From contig DAOUBT010000004.1 of assembly GCA_034432595.1 (NCBI GenBank), positions 18,892 through 82,891 on the forward strand: a stretch of 64,000 bases of DNA, written 5' to 3'. This DNA is from Anaerolineae bacterium (lineage in GTDB: Bacteria > Chloroflexota > Anaerolineae > B4-G1 > SLSP01). Of this stretch, positions 1 to 9,504 are shown in pieces (within the stretch, counting starts at the first letter, position 1; each line of letters begins with the position of its first letter). The notes beneath the pieces are model-generated. The model was not told where the DNA came from. It worked only from the letters and a program-made list of their open reading frames with translations, and ran no database searches. The translations under genes and the position numbers were made by a program.

Positions 1-1
1 G

Positions 2-3000
2 AACACCATCTTCGCCACCAACACGGCGGGGACATTGGGCGATGCGCTTTACAGCGCCATGGCGTACCAGCCGGACTACAATGCCTTCTTCCCGCAGGCG
101 GGAGCGGTCAACCCGGAGGTGGTGCCGGGGCCGCACACCCTGTACACCGACCCGAAATTCATCAATCCGACGGCGGGCGATTTGCATCTCGCCAACGATT
201 CGCCGCTGTTTGACCGTGGCGACCCGCAGACGGCGCTGGATCACGACTTTGACGGCGACCTGCGCCCGGCGGATCAGGGCTACGACATCGGCGCGGACGA
301 GCGGCGCGGCTGCTGGGCCAAGAACATGCGTACCGGCATCATTTACGCCAACCCGCAGCTTGCGGTGTACGCCAGCCAGACCAACGACGAGATTCGCATC
401 TCGGTGGGTGAGTGCCGGGGCGTGCACCCGCTCACCGTGGGCGGACAGGTGCTGAGCCAGACCCTGCACATCACGCGCAACCTGACCCTGAGCGGTGGGT
501 GGACGCGCGACTTCACGCAGCAATACGCCGGACCGTTTGGCTACCCGGATGCGAGTGAGCGCTCCACCACCCTCCTGCCGCAGGGCCTGGGCCGCGCGCT
601 GCTCATCACCAACACGACGATGATCACCATCGAACGCGTGCAGATGGTGGGTGGTAACGCGGCGGGCCTGGGAGGTGCCGCCCTGCCCAACGCGGGCGGA
701 AACCTGCTCTATGCCAGCGCTAATGGCCTCTTCACCCATGTGGACTTCTACCAGGGCGAGGCCGCTTACGGTGGCGCCCTTTACAAGGTGAGTGGTCGCC
801 TGAACCTGGCGGATAGCTGGAATGGCAACAACACGGCCCTGACCTATGGCGGTGCGCTGTATAATGCCAGCGGTCCGCTTACCGTCACGGTTGTCGGTAC
901 GGGCAATCAGGCCATTGCTGGAACCTGGTACAATGGCAACATGGCCGGGGCACGCGGCGGCGCGATCTACGTCGCGGGCGGCAGCGTCATCCTGGAGGAT
1001 GGCTCCGCCGAGTACAAGCGCAACACAGCGCCTTCGGGCGGCGCTATCTACGTCGCACCGGGCGGCACGTTGACGGTGACCGCGGGCAGCTTCTACACCA
1101 ACACGGCGGCGCAGCTCGGCGGCGCGCTCTACAATGCCGGTCAGGCCATCCTGCATGGCGGCGCGTTCTACGATAACTGGGCCGGGCAGGATGGTGGCGC
1201 GTTCTACAACGCGGGCACGGCCTCGCTCGACCTGGGCAACCGTTTCTACTGGAACCATGCCGAACGCAACGGCGGTGCGATTTACGCAGGCGGCACCTTC
1301 CTCGCCCTGCGAAACAACGTGATTTACATCAACACGGCGCAGCGGGGCGCGGGCATCTACCTCGCCGCGGGCGCGCCTAACATCTGGCACAACACCTTCC
1401 ACCAGAACACGGCCAGTGTGGAAGGGGGTGCGATTTATGTCGGTACGGGCGCGGGCAGCGCGCTGCAAATCAAGAACAACATCTTCAGCGAAAACAATGC
1501 GCCGCAAGGTAAGGCCATCTTCTCCAACCGCGGTCAGTTGGATTACAACGACTACTGGCCTACCGATGCCTCCAATCAGGTGGTCGGCGGTGTCGGCGTG
1601 GGCAGCAACAACCCCAATGCCGATCCGCTCTACGTCAAGCCGGGGGTGACGCAACAGTTCCACGGCGATTTCCACCTGCAGGACAAGTCCACCCTGATTG
1701 ATGCGGGCGTGGAGCTGGGCGTGATACGCGACATGGATGGCGATCCGCGTCCGAGCAACGCGCGGCCCGACATCGGCGCGGACGAGGTCATGAACTGTCT
1801 GGTCAAGAACCCGCGCCTGAACAAGCTTTACGGACGCCTCGTCATGGCGGTGAACGAAGCGCAGGACGGGGATACCCTGCGCATCGCCGAGGGGGTGTGC
1901 TACGAAAATCTCACCCTGAACAAGGCGCTGACCCTGGATGGCTCGTGGGATAAAGTCTTCAGCAGCAAGCTGGAGTATATCGCCACCTTCATTGACGGGC
2001 AAAACGTGGGGCGCGTGGCGCGCGTGACCAGCCCGAACGTCGTGCTGCGCGATTTGGGCCTGCGCAAGGGTTCGACGCAGGATAACGGCGGCGCGGTGCT
2101 CCTCGAAAGCGGCAGTTCACTCAGCCTGAACAACGTCACCATCCGCGAAAGTCAGGCGGCGGGCAATGGTGGCGGGCTGTACGTGAGCGGCGGCGCCACG
2201 CTCGACCTGGTGGATACGGGCTTCTCCGACAACATCGCACAGGGGAACGGTGGTGGCCTCTACCTGGCCGATAACAGCACCGCTGATCTCTACGCCTTAG
2301 CGGCCTACCGCAACACGGCCACCCTCGGCGGCGGCGTGTACATCGCGCCCAATGCACAGGTACAGGGATTCGATTCCGCCGTGTTCGGGCAGAACGTGGC
2401 GACCAGCAACGGCGGCGGTCTGTACAACGCCATGCCCAACCTGGAGCTTATCAACACCCGCTTCTACGAGAACAGCGCGCAGGCCGGCGCTGGCATCTAC
2501 AACACGGGAGCCAGCGCCCGCGTACTGCACGGCACCCTGCACTACAACGTAGCCACCCAACAGGGCGGCGCGCTCTACAACCTCGGCGCGGGCACGGTCG
2601 TGAGCGCGAGCATCGTCGCCTCTAACACGGCCAGCACCGGCGCCGGCATCTACGGCGCCACCAACGTGACCGTGGATTACGTGGTGCGCTTCGCCAACGA
2701 CTTCTATCAGGCCAATGGCGCGCACATCAAAAACGCCGATCCGCGCTTCCTGCCCAACAGCGGCCACCTCCTCTACACGTCGCCCGCCATTGACTACGTT
2801 CCCAGCGCGGCCTCCGAGGTGAACTGGGACTATCAGGGCATCCCGCGTCCGCAAATTTGCGCCAAGGATGCCGGCTACCGTGAGTATTACGTCGCCAAGC
2901 GCCTGCTCACCTGGGTGGATACGCCCAATCCGCCCCTCAACTTCGCCGATCCGGGCGTTCCCGTCACCACGACCTTCAGCCTGCGCAACGACAGCGAATA

Positions 3001-6000
3001 CTGGCTCGATCCCAGCGATTACCGCACCAGTCTGGGCCCGGGCACGGGGTACACCGAGACGATTCAAATCACCCTGGGAAGCCTGCAGCTCGGCTGGAGC
3101 CGCATCGTCAGGGTGGATAACGCGGCCTACGTGAACATCGCTCCCAACGGGCGCAGCGCCGGCTTCCAGGTCGGGCCGGGCAAGACAGCGATCATCTACG
3201 TCGTGACTACGCCGCCGCCGGGCACGTTCGCCAGAATGGAAGACCGCCTTACCCTCGGTGTGAATGCCACGCTGTGCGACCGCGACCCGATGGAGCTGAG
3301 CAGTCCGCAGGCCATCGTGCGCGTGCGCGAAGACGACAGCTTCCTCATTGGGCCGGATAATTTCGGCGCGGCGCTGCCGGGGCAAACCATCACCTACACC
3401 CACCGCATCACCAACACCGGCAACTTCACGCAGAGCTTCCGGCTCTTCCCCAAGGCGGGCTTCTACGGCGTCGGACGCATCATCTCGCCCACCGAAGACC
3501 TGTTGCCGCTCAACCTGGGGCCGGGCCAGAGCTACCCCATCACGTTTGCGGTGACGATTAACCCTGAAGCCGCGGGCGGTCTGGTGGACGTGACGAGCAT
3601 CATCGGCCTGAACCAGAATGCGATGCAACGCGCCGCCGCCAACAACACCACCATCAGCTACACCACCGGCGTGCGCTATGTCAGCCCGTCCGGGACCGAC
3701 TCGCTGGTGAATGAAACCATCGGCAGTCAGGACCCGAACGCGGTAGACCTGCCGGACAACAACTGCACGCAGCCGCAGGTCGCCCCGTGCTACAGCCTCG
3801 CCCACGCGCTGCAACAGGCCGCCGCGGGTGATGAAATCCGCTTAGCTACAGGCGTCTACACGCAGGTGATGACGGCCACCTATCAGGCTCAGGTCATCAC
3901 GCAAACCCTGTATGTCGCCAAATCCGTGACGCTGCGCGGCGGCTACGACGCGAGCAACTGGAACAGCACCGACCTGATCACGCCCACCACCCTGCTCAAC
4001 CCGCAAGGGCAGGGCCGCGCGCTGGTGATCCCGGAGGGCGTTACCGTCCACGTGGACCGCATCGCCTTCACAGGTGGACAGGCGGATGCGGGCGGTGCGC
4101 TTTACAACGCGGGCACACTCAAGCTTACCAACAGCCTCTTCTATGGCAACAGCGCCGCCACCGGCGCAGCGCTCTACACGCGCGGCACGCTTAACGCCTG
4201 GAATAACACTTTCTACAACAACTCTGCTGGCACAGGCTTTGGTGGTGGGATGTACATCCTCGCTGGCGAGGCGAACGTGCGCAACAGCATCTTCGCCGCT
4301 AACACGGCCGGGACGGGCAGCGCCGTGCATCGAGCTGGCGGAACGTTCAACTCCGACTACAACCTGTACTGGCAGAACGTCGTTTCCGGTGCGAGCACCG
4401 GCGCTAACGACAAAGTCAATGTAGACCCGCAGTTTGTGGCCACAGCGACCACGCCGCCCAACCTGCGCCTGCGCTCCACCTCGCCGGCGCGCGATGCGGG
4501 CGATCCGGCCACAGACTTCAGCACCTTCCCGCGCGATCTGGGCAACGCCTCGCGGCGCATGGGGCCGCGCGTGGACATCGGCGCTTACGAATACGTCATC
4601 AACATTGGCGCGCGCCTCACGCCGAACTACACGCGCGTCCTGCCCAAGGGCACGGTCATCACCTACACCCACACCCTCACCAACACCGGCGAGATGACCG
4701 ACACCTTCACCCTGAGCTTCAACTCCAGCCTCGGTTGGGGCCAGTTGCTCACGCCCGGGCCCTTCACACTGCCCAGCGGCGCGACAGCTCAGGTGCAGGT
4801 GCGCGTGACGGTGCCGACGGGGAACGTGGGCGGCTTGCAGGACGTGAGCGTCATCACCGCCACCTCACAGGCCGACCCGACGAAGTTCGCCTCCGCGACG
4901 GATAAGACCACGGCGGAATTCATCCCCGGCGTGACCTTCACCCCGAACCACAACACGCCGAACGCCGCGCCGGGCAGCGTCATCGTGTACGAGCACACGC
5001 TCACCAACACCGGCGACGGGCGTGACACCTTCACCCTGAGCTACGAGAGCACGCAGGGTTGGGCTTCCGCGCCGGTACCCGCCAGCGTCACGCTCAACGC
5101 GGGCATGAGCACGACGGTGCGCATCACGGTCACGGTGCCCGCCGGCGCGCTGCAAGGTATGCAGGATACCACGCGCATCACCGCCACATCCGCCTTCAGC
5201 CCGGCGGTACAGGCCGGTGTGGTGGATGTGACCAGCGTAGGCGGCGCGGCGGGTCTGGAGCTGACGCCGACTTCGTACCAGCGCGTGGTGGCATCCGGAA
5301 CGCCGGTTACCTACACCTTCACCGTGACCAACACCGGCAACGCAGCGGATACCATCTCCTTCTCGGCCATCAGTTCGCTGGGCTGGTCCTACGCCATCAA
5401 TCCGCCGAGCCTGTCGCTGAATGCGGGCGCATCCGGACAGGTACAGCTCGTGCTGACTGTGCCGGCCAACAGCGGCGGACAAACCGATGTGACGACCTTC
5501 ACAGCCAGCTCGACCAACACCCCCGGCCTCACCCGTCAGGCGACGGTGACATCCATGGTGCAACCGCAGGCCGGGGCTGAGCTGACCCCGCCCACTCAGA
5601 GCAAGACGGCGCAGGCGGGGAGCACGGTGACGTACACCTACACCGTGCGCAACACAGGCAACGCCAACGCCGCCATCACGCTCGATAAAGCGAACTCGCA
5701 GGGCTGGAACGTCACGCTGAATCCGACGGTGATTGCGAGCCTCGCGCCCGGAGCGAGTCAGACCGTGGTGCTGACAGTGAACGTCCCCGCCACAGCGGAA
5801 CAGGGCGCGACCACCGTCATCACGGCCACAGCGAGCGTGCCCAACGCGCCGAGCGCACGCGCCACCGCCACCGCGCTCACCACCATCCCCCTGCCCGGCG
5901 GCCCCTTGCTGGAGCCTGACCACCCCAACGGACAGGCGACGCCCGGCAGCGTGGTGACGTATGAGCACACGCTCACGAACACCGGCAGCGTGACGGATAC

Positions 6001-8704
6001 CTACACCCTGAGCTACCGCAGCAGTCAGGGCTGGGTGGTGACCTTCGATCCGGCAGGGCCGATTACCCTGGGCGCGGGGGCGAGCCGTACCGTGCTCGCC
6101 ACGCTGAACGTGCCCTCGAACGCGACGCCCGGCACGGTGGACACGACCGTCATCACCGCCACGGCGCAGAGCGACGCGCAACGCTTTGACACGGCGACGA
6201 ATGTGACCACGATTCTCAGCAGCGTTGCGCCGGTGCTCGATCCGGATTACGCGCGCAGCCTCAAGCGCGGAGAGAGCACCGTCTACACGCACACGCTCAC
6301 CAACCCCGGTACCGCTGCCCAAACTTACGCCATCACGATCAGCAGCACGCGCGCCTGGGCGACGTTGCTCACGCCCGCACAGGTGAGCGTGCCGGCGGGC
6401 GGCAGCACACCGGTTGCGGTGCGCGTCACCGTCCCAAGCACGGGCGTCACGCCGGGGATGCAGGACGTGACGACCGTCAGGGCTACGGTGCAGGGCGCGC
6501 CGACGCTTTACGCGCAGGCGGTGGATACGACCACCGTCGCACCGAGCGCCGGGGTGCGCTTCACACCCAACCGCAGTGCCAACGGGGATCCGGAGCAGGT
6601 CATCACGTACACCCACACCATCACCAACACGGGTGATGTGGCGGATACCTTCAGCTTCAGCTACGTCAACAGTACCGCCTGCGCCACCTGGACGGTGAAC
6701 GTACCCGCGCCGGTCACCTTAGCGCCGAACGCGGCACAGGAGGTACAGGTCACGGTGACGATTCCGCCTCTGGCGCCCGCCAACCTGGTGTGCGAAACCA
6801 CGGTCACTGCGGCCTCGCAGCTCGACCCGACCGTGCGCGCCAGCGTGAAGGACACGACCACGGTGAACACGTACCGTGACTTTGTGCTTTACCCGCTGAG
6901 TAAGGAGCGCAGCGCACGGCCCGGTCACATCATGACGCAGACGCTGGTGCTCACCAACACCGGCAATATCCCGGATACATACCTGCTCAACGTGGCGGAT
7001 ACTCCCAACGGCTGGGCCACCTTGACACCAGCCACATCCGTTAGCCTGCAGCCAGGTCAGGTAGCAACCCTCACGCTCACAGTGCAGGTGCCGGCGAGCG
7101 CCCAGAACGGCGCCACACATACCAGCTCGGTGATGGTGACCTCTCAGAGCGATACTACCATGACAGCGACGGCCATCATCACCACCTACATCGTCGAACC
7201 GCCGGGCGTGGCGCTTACTCCTGACCGCACGAACCGACGCGCAGCCGGAGAGACGGTGAATTATATCCACACCATCACGAACACCGGCGCGGCCCGCGAC
7301 GTGTTCAACATCAGCGCGGTCAGTGCCCACGGTTGGCCGGTACAGGCGCCGCAGAGTGTCGTGCTCGCTGCAGGGGAAAGGAAGTCGCTTATCATCGCGC
7401 TCACCATCCCCATGGATGTGATCAGCGACACGGTGGACGTGATCACGCTTACGGCCAGTTCGGATGCGGATGCCAGCGTCTCAGCAACGGTATACGACAC
7501 GACGACGGTGGCGATGCGCGCGGCGATGAGCTTCACGCCAGCTTTCCAACAGGGCGAAACCTGGCCTTCGCAGCCCATCCTCTACACCTTCGTGCTCACC
7601 AACACCGGCAACTATACCGATACCTTTGACCTGAGCAACAGTGTCGCACCCACGGGATGGACGGTCACGGTGGTGCCAAACGTTGCCACGCTGGGCATGA
7701 ATCAGGCGGTGCCGGTTAAGGTGACGGTCACACCGCCGGCAGGCTCAGGCGGCCTACACCATACGGTTACCGTCACTGCGACCTCACGCGCGAGTCTGCC
7801 GGGTGGTCCTGCGTTGATCAAGACTGCCCCTGTGGCCGTTCAGGCGGAGACGTGGGTGAAATTCACGCCGGGCGTGCAACTCAGTCCGGGCGTCCACTCC
7901 ATCGCCACACAGGGAGAGGTGGTCACCTACACCCATACGATCACCAACACCGGCACAGGTGTGGATACCTTCGACCTGAGCGTGGTCTCGTCCCATAACT
8001 GGCCTATCCTGTACCGTCCGCCAGAGCAAATCACCCTGGCCGCGGGTGAGGCGCACGCCTTCAGCGTGGTGCTGAAAGTGCCACAGACAGCTTACAGTGG
8101 GACGTTGGACATCCTTACCATTACCGCACGCTCGACGAGTTTCACCTCCACGGTGGCCACGGCGGAAGACCGTACCCTTGTCCAGGGCACGCCGAGCTTC
8201 CGGCTGTACCTGCCTGTCATCTACCGCGGTTATCCGCCTGACGGCGTGAACTTGATTGTGACGGGCATCCAGATTGGCCCGTTGGACACTCAAGGGACGG
8301 CGGTCATCACCGTGACCACGATGAACATCGGCAATCAACCGGTGGCCTACGGCAACAATTTCTACGTGGACCTGTACATTTTCTATGAGGACCCCTACAT
8401 GCCACCGCCACTGACGGCGGGGAACCGGTACTGGGGCGTGCAGGGCCACTGGTATCAGCCGGGAGCATCGGTCGTCCTGACCACAACCTACTCCTTCCCT
8501 GTGGGCGCCAACTGGACTTTCTACGCTCAGGTGGACACCGATAAACACGTGGTTGAATGGAACGAAAACGATAATGTTTACGGTCCATTGACGCGCTATC
8601 TGGCGCCGCCCGGCGCGGGTATCAACAACCTGAACATGATTCCGCAGATGCCGCGTCCGGTGCCGTTGACCCAGCCGCGTCCGGTGCCGCCGCTCCAGCC
8701 ATAG
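2..8704 (+). CDS. Giant surface/adhesin-like protein, 5'-partial (longer than 2889 aa): right-handed beta-helix Pmp-like repeats (FYxN...GGA[ILV]Y), about 22 DUF11-type repeats (TYTHTLTNTG...DTFTLS), a C-terminal CARDB-like domain and a Pro-rich tail
   Basis: The reading frame is open from position 2, with no stop upstream of the first Met at 35. Dozens of GGALYN/GGAIYV repeats fill the N-terminal 1400 aa. There are then about 22 tandem units of roughly 100 aa with the conserved pattern TYTHTLTNTG-x-DTF-LS...GW...VTVTVP...DVT-ITATS. The C-terminus reads PVPLTQPRPVPPLQP. Confidence 0.85.
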   Translation, partial: NTIFATNTAGTLGDALYSAMAYQPDYNAFFPQAGAVNPEVVPGPHTLYTDPKFINPTAGDLHLANDSPLFDRGDPQTALDHDFDGDLRPADQGYDIGADERRGCWAKNMRTGIIYANPQLAVYASQTNDEIRISVGECRGVHPLTVGGQVLSQTLHITRNLTLSGGWTRDFTQQYAGPFGYPDASERSTTLLPQGLGRALLITNTTMITIERVQMVGGNAAGLGGAALPNAGGNLLYASANGLFTHVDFYQGEAAYGGALYKVSGRLNLADSWNGNNTALTYGGALYNASGPLTVTVVGTGNQAIAGTWYNGNMAGARGGAIYVAGGSVILEDGSAEYKRNTAPSGGAIYVAPGGTLTVTAGSFYTNTAAQLGGALYNAGQAILHGGAFYDNWAGQDGGAFYNAGTASLDLGNRFYWNHAERNGGAIYAGGTFLALRNNVIYINTAQRGAGIYLAAGAPNIWHNTFHQNTASVEGGAIYVGTGAGSALQIKNNIFSENNAPQGKAIFSNRGQLDYNDYWPTDASNQVVGGVGVGSNNPNADPLYVKPGVTQQFHGDFHLQDKSTLIDAGVELGVIRDMDGDPRPSNARPDIGADEVMNCLVKNPRLNKLYGRLVMAVNEAQDGDTLRIAEGVCYENLTLNKALTLDGSWDKVFSSKLEYIATFIDGQNVGRVARVTSPNVVLRDLGLRKGSTQDNGGAVLLESGSSLSLNNVTIRESQAAGNGGGLYVSGGATLDLVDTGFSDNIAQGNGGGLYLADNSTADLYALAAYRNTATLGGGVYIAPNAQVQGFDSAVFGQNVATSNGGGLYNAMPNLELINTRFYENSAQAGAGIYNTGASARVLHGTLHYNVATQQGGALYNLGAGTVVSASIVASNTASTGAGIYGATNVTVDYVVRFANDFYQANGAHIKNADPRFLPNSGHLLYTSPAIDYVPSAASEVNWDYQGIPRPQICAKDAGYREYYVAKRLLTWVDTPNPPLNFADPGVPVTTTFSLRNDSEYWLDPSDYRTSLGPGTGYTETIQITLGSLQLGWSRIVRVDNAAYVNIAPNGRSAGFQVGPGKTAIIYVVTTPPPGTFARMEDRLTLGVNATLCDRDPMELSSPQAIVRVREDDSFLIGPDNFGAALPGQTITYTHRITNTGNFTQSFRLFPKAGFYGVGRIISPTEDLLPLNLGPGQSYPITFAVTINPEAAGGLVDVTSIIGLNQNAMQRAAANNTTISYTTGVRYVSPSGTDSLVNETIGSQDPNAVDLPDNNCTQPQVAPCYSLAHALQQAAAGDEIRLATGVYTQVMTATYQAQVITQTLYVAKSVTLRGGYDASNWNSTDLITPTTLLNPQGQGRALVIPEGVTVHVDRIAFTGGQADAGGALYNAGTLKLTNSLFYGNSAATGAALYTRGTLNAWNNTFYNNSAGTGFGGGMYILAGEANVRNSIFAANTAGTGSAVHRAGGTFNSDYNLYWQNVVSGASTGANDKVNVDPQFVATATTPPNLRLRSTSPARDAGDPATDFSTFPRDLGNASRRMGPRVDIGAYEYVINIGARLTPNYTRVLPKGTVITYTHTLTNTGEMTDTFTLSFNSSLGWGQLLTPGPFTLPSGATAQVQVRVTVPTGNVGGLQDVSVITATSQADPTKFASATDKTTAEFIPGVTFTPNHNTPNAAPGSVIVYEHTLTNTGDGRDTFTLSYESTQGWASAPVPASVTLNAGMSTTVRITVTVPAGALQGMQDTTRITATSAFSPAVQAGVVDVTSVGGAAGLELTPTSYQRVVASGTPVTYTFTVTNTGNAADTISFSAISSLGWSYAINPPSLSLNAGASGQVQLVLTVPANSGGQTDVTTFTASSTNTPGLTRQATVTSMVQPQAGAELTPPTQSKTAQAGSTVTYTYTVRNTGNANAAITLDKANSQGWNVTLNPTVIASLAPGASQTVVLTVNVPATAEQGATTVITATASVPNAPSARATATALTTIPLPGGPLLEPDHPNGQATPGSVVTYEHTLTNTGSVTDTYTLSYRSSQGWVVTFDPAGPITLGAGASRTVLATLNVPSNATPGTVDTTVITATAQSDAQRFDTATNVTTILSSVAPVLDPDYARSLKRGESTVYTHTLTNPGTAAQTYAITISSTRAWATLLTPAQVSVPAGGSTPVAVRVTVPSTGVTPGMQDVTTVRATVQGAPTLYAQAVDTTTVAPSAGVRFTPNRSANGDPEQVITYTHTITNTGDVADTFSFSYVNSTACATWTVNVPAPVTLAPNAAQEVQVTVTIPPLAPANLVCETTVTAASQLDPTVRASVKDTTTVNTYRDFVLYPLSKERSARPGHIMTQTLVLTNTGNIPDTYLLNVADTPNGWATLTPATSVSLQPGQVATLTLTVQVPASAQNGATHTSSVMVTSQSDTTMTATAIITTYIVEPPGVALTPDRTNRRAAGETVNYIHTITNTGAARDVFNISAVSAHGWPVQAPQSVVLAAGERKSLIIALTIPMDVISDTVDVITLTASSDADASVSATVYDTTTVAMRAAMSFTPAFQQGETWPSQPILYTFVLTNTGNYTDTFDLSNSVAPTGWTVTVVPNVATLGMNQAVPVKVTVTPPAGSGGLHHTVTVTATSRASLPGGPALIKTAPVAVQAETWVKFTPGVQLSPGVHSIATQGEVVTYTHTITNTGTGVDTFDLSVVSSHNWPILYRPPEQITLAAGEAHAFSVVLKVPQTAYSGTLDILTITARSTSFTSTVATAEDRTLVQGTPSFRLYLPVIYRGYPPDGVNLIVTGIQIGPLDTQGTAVITVTTMNIGNQPVAYGNNFYVDLYIFYEDPYMPPPLTAGNRYWGVQGHWYQPGASVVLTTTYSFPVGANWTFYAQVDTDKHVVEWNENDNVYGPLTRYLAPPGAGINNLNMIPQMPRPVPLTQPRPVPPLQP

Positions 8705-8727
8705 CGCGCGGCGAGGCAAGTCAGGCA

Positions 8728-8764
8728 GGCCAGTCTGTTGGGATAACACCCAACAGGCTGGCCG
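8728..8764 (+). terminator. 15-bp stem-loop directly after the giant CDS; no U-tract, so a transcript-stabilising or weak terminator hairpin
   Basis: ggccagtctgttggg-ataacac-cccaacaggctggcc, with one G-U pair in the stem. Confidence 0.3.
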
Positions 8765-9036
8765 CCCGATATCGAGTCGCCCCATGCGGGTTCAGACATC
8801 AGTAAGGGACCGCGCTCCCACCCGGAGCAGCGCCGGGCATCGCTCCGCCGGGTTTTCAACCGACGATCCTTAACCTTGCGGGCATCCACAAGCTGATCAG
8901 ACGTGGCGGGCGTTGATGAGCACTTGACTATTTAGCCATTTCGGATACTTTTAAGAGGGATGGGTCAACGTCAGCGCGACGTTAACCAGACCTGAAATTG
9001 TACCATGATGGTATCCAACCAATCAAAGGGGGATTT

Positions 9037-9498
9037 ATGCGCAAACTCTTAACCTGGATCGCCTTATCCCTTTTGCTGTTACTGGCGCTTCCGTCCATGT
9101 TGGAGGCCCATCCAGTCTACCAGATCACGCCAACCGGCACACCGCGAGATACGCCCACGCCCATCGGCACACCCACCACGCCGCCGCCGTCGCCGACCAC
9201 GCCGCCACCGACTACGCCGCCGCCGTCGCCGACCACGCCGTCGCCGACCACGCCGCCACCGACCACGCCAACGACGGCGTCGCCCAGTCCGACGAATACG
9301 TCCACCAACACGCCCACTCGCACGCCGACCAAAACGCCGGGTTCATTGCCCTGGACTGGCCTGAGCCTGAACGGTGGCCTTTCCTGGCTGACGGCGGGCC
9401 TTTCCGCCGTGCTGCTGGTGACGCTGCTGATTTCGGTGCGCGTGTTGCGTCATCGTTATTCCCGAAACCCGGAGGAAACCCAAACGGATAAGGATTAG
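9037..9498 (+). CDS. Small secreted PT-rich protein with a C-terminal LPXTG-type sorting signal (LPWTG, then a hydrophobic helix, then RVLRHRYSR)
   Basis: GGGGG ribosome-binding site 5 nt upstream of the ATG at 9037. N-terminal signal peptide MRKLLTWIALSLLLLLALPSMLEA. Pro/Thr-rich linker (PTTPPPSPTTPPP...). C-terminus carries LPWTG, a transmembrane helix and a positively charged tail. Confidence 0.7.
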   Translation: MRKLLTWIALSLLLLLALPSMLEAHPVYQITPTGTPRDTPTPIGTPTTPPPSPTTPPPTTPPPSPTTPSPTTPPPTTPTTASPSPTNTSTNTPTRTPTKTPGSLPWTGLSLNGGLSWLTAGLSAVLLVTLLISVRVLRHRYSRNPEETQTDKD

Positions 9499-9504
9499 TC
9501 ACTT

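Noticed and set aside
42-455. Alternative-frame ORFs within the giant gene (42-455, 846-1073, 1134-1322 and others)
   Set aside because: They are out of frame relative to the motif-bearing frame and Arg/Ser/Thr-rich. The repeat motifs (GGAIY, DUF11) are only coherent in frame 2.
2297-8785. Long minus-strand ORFs (2297-3814, 3842-4672, 4865-6616, 6719-7330, 7784-8785) antisense to the giant surface-protein gene
   Set aside because: They lie entirely inside a strongly supported repeat-protein CDS and translate to low-complexity Arg/Gly/Ala-rich proteins without domains. This is the typical stop-codon-poor antisense frame of a high-GC gene.
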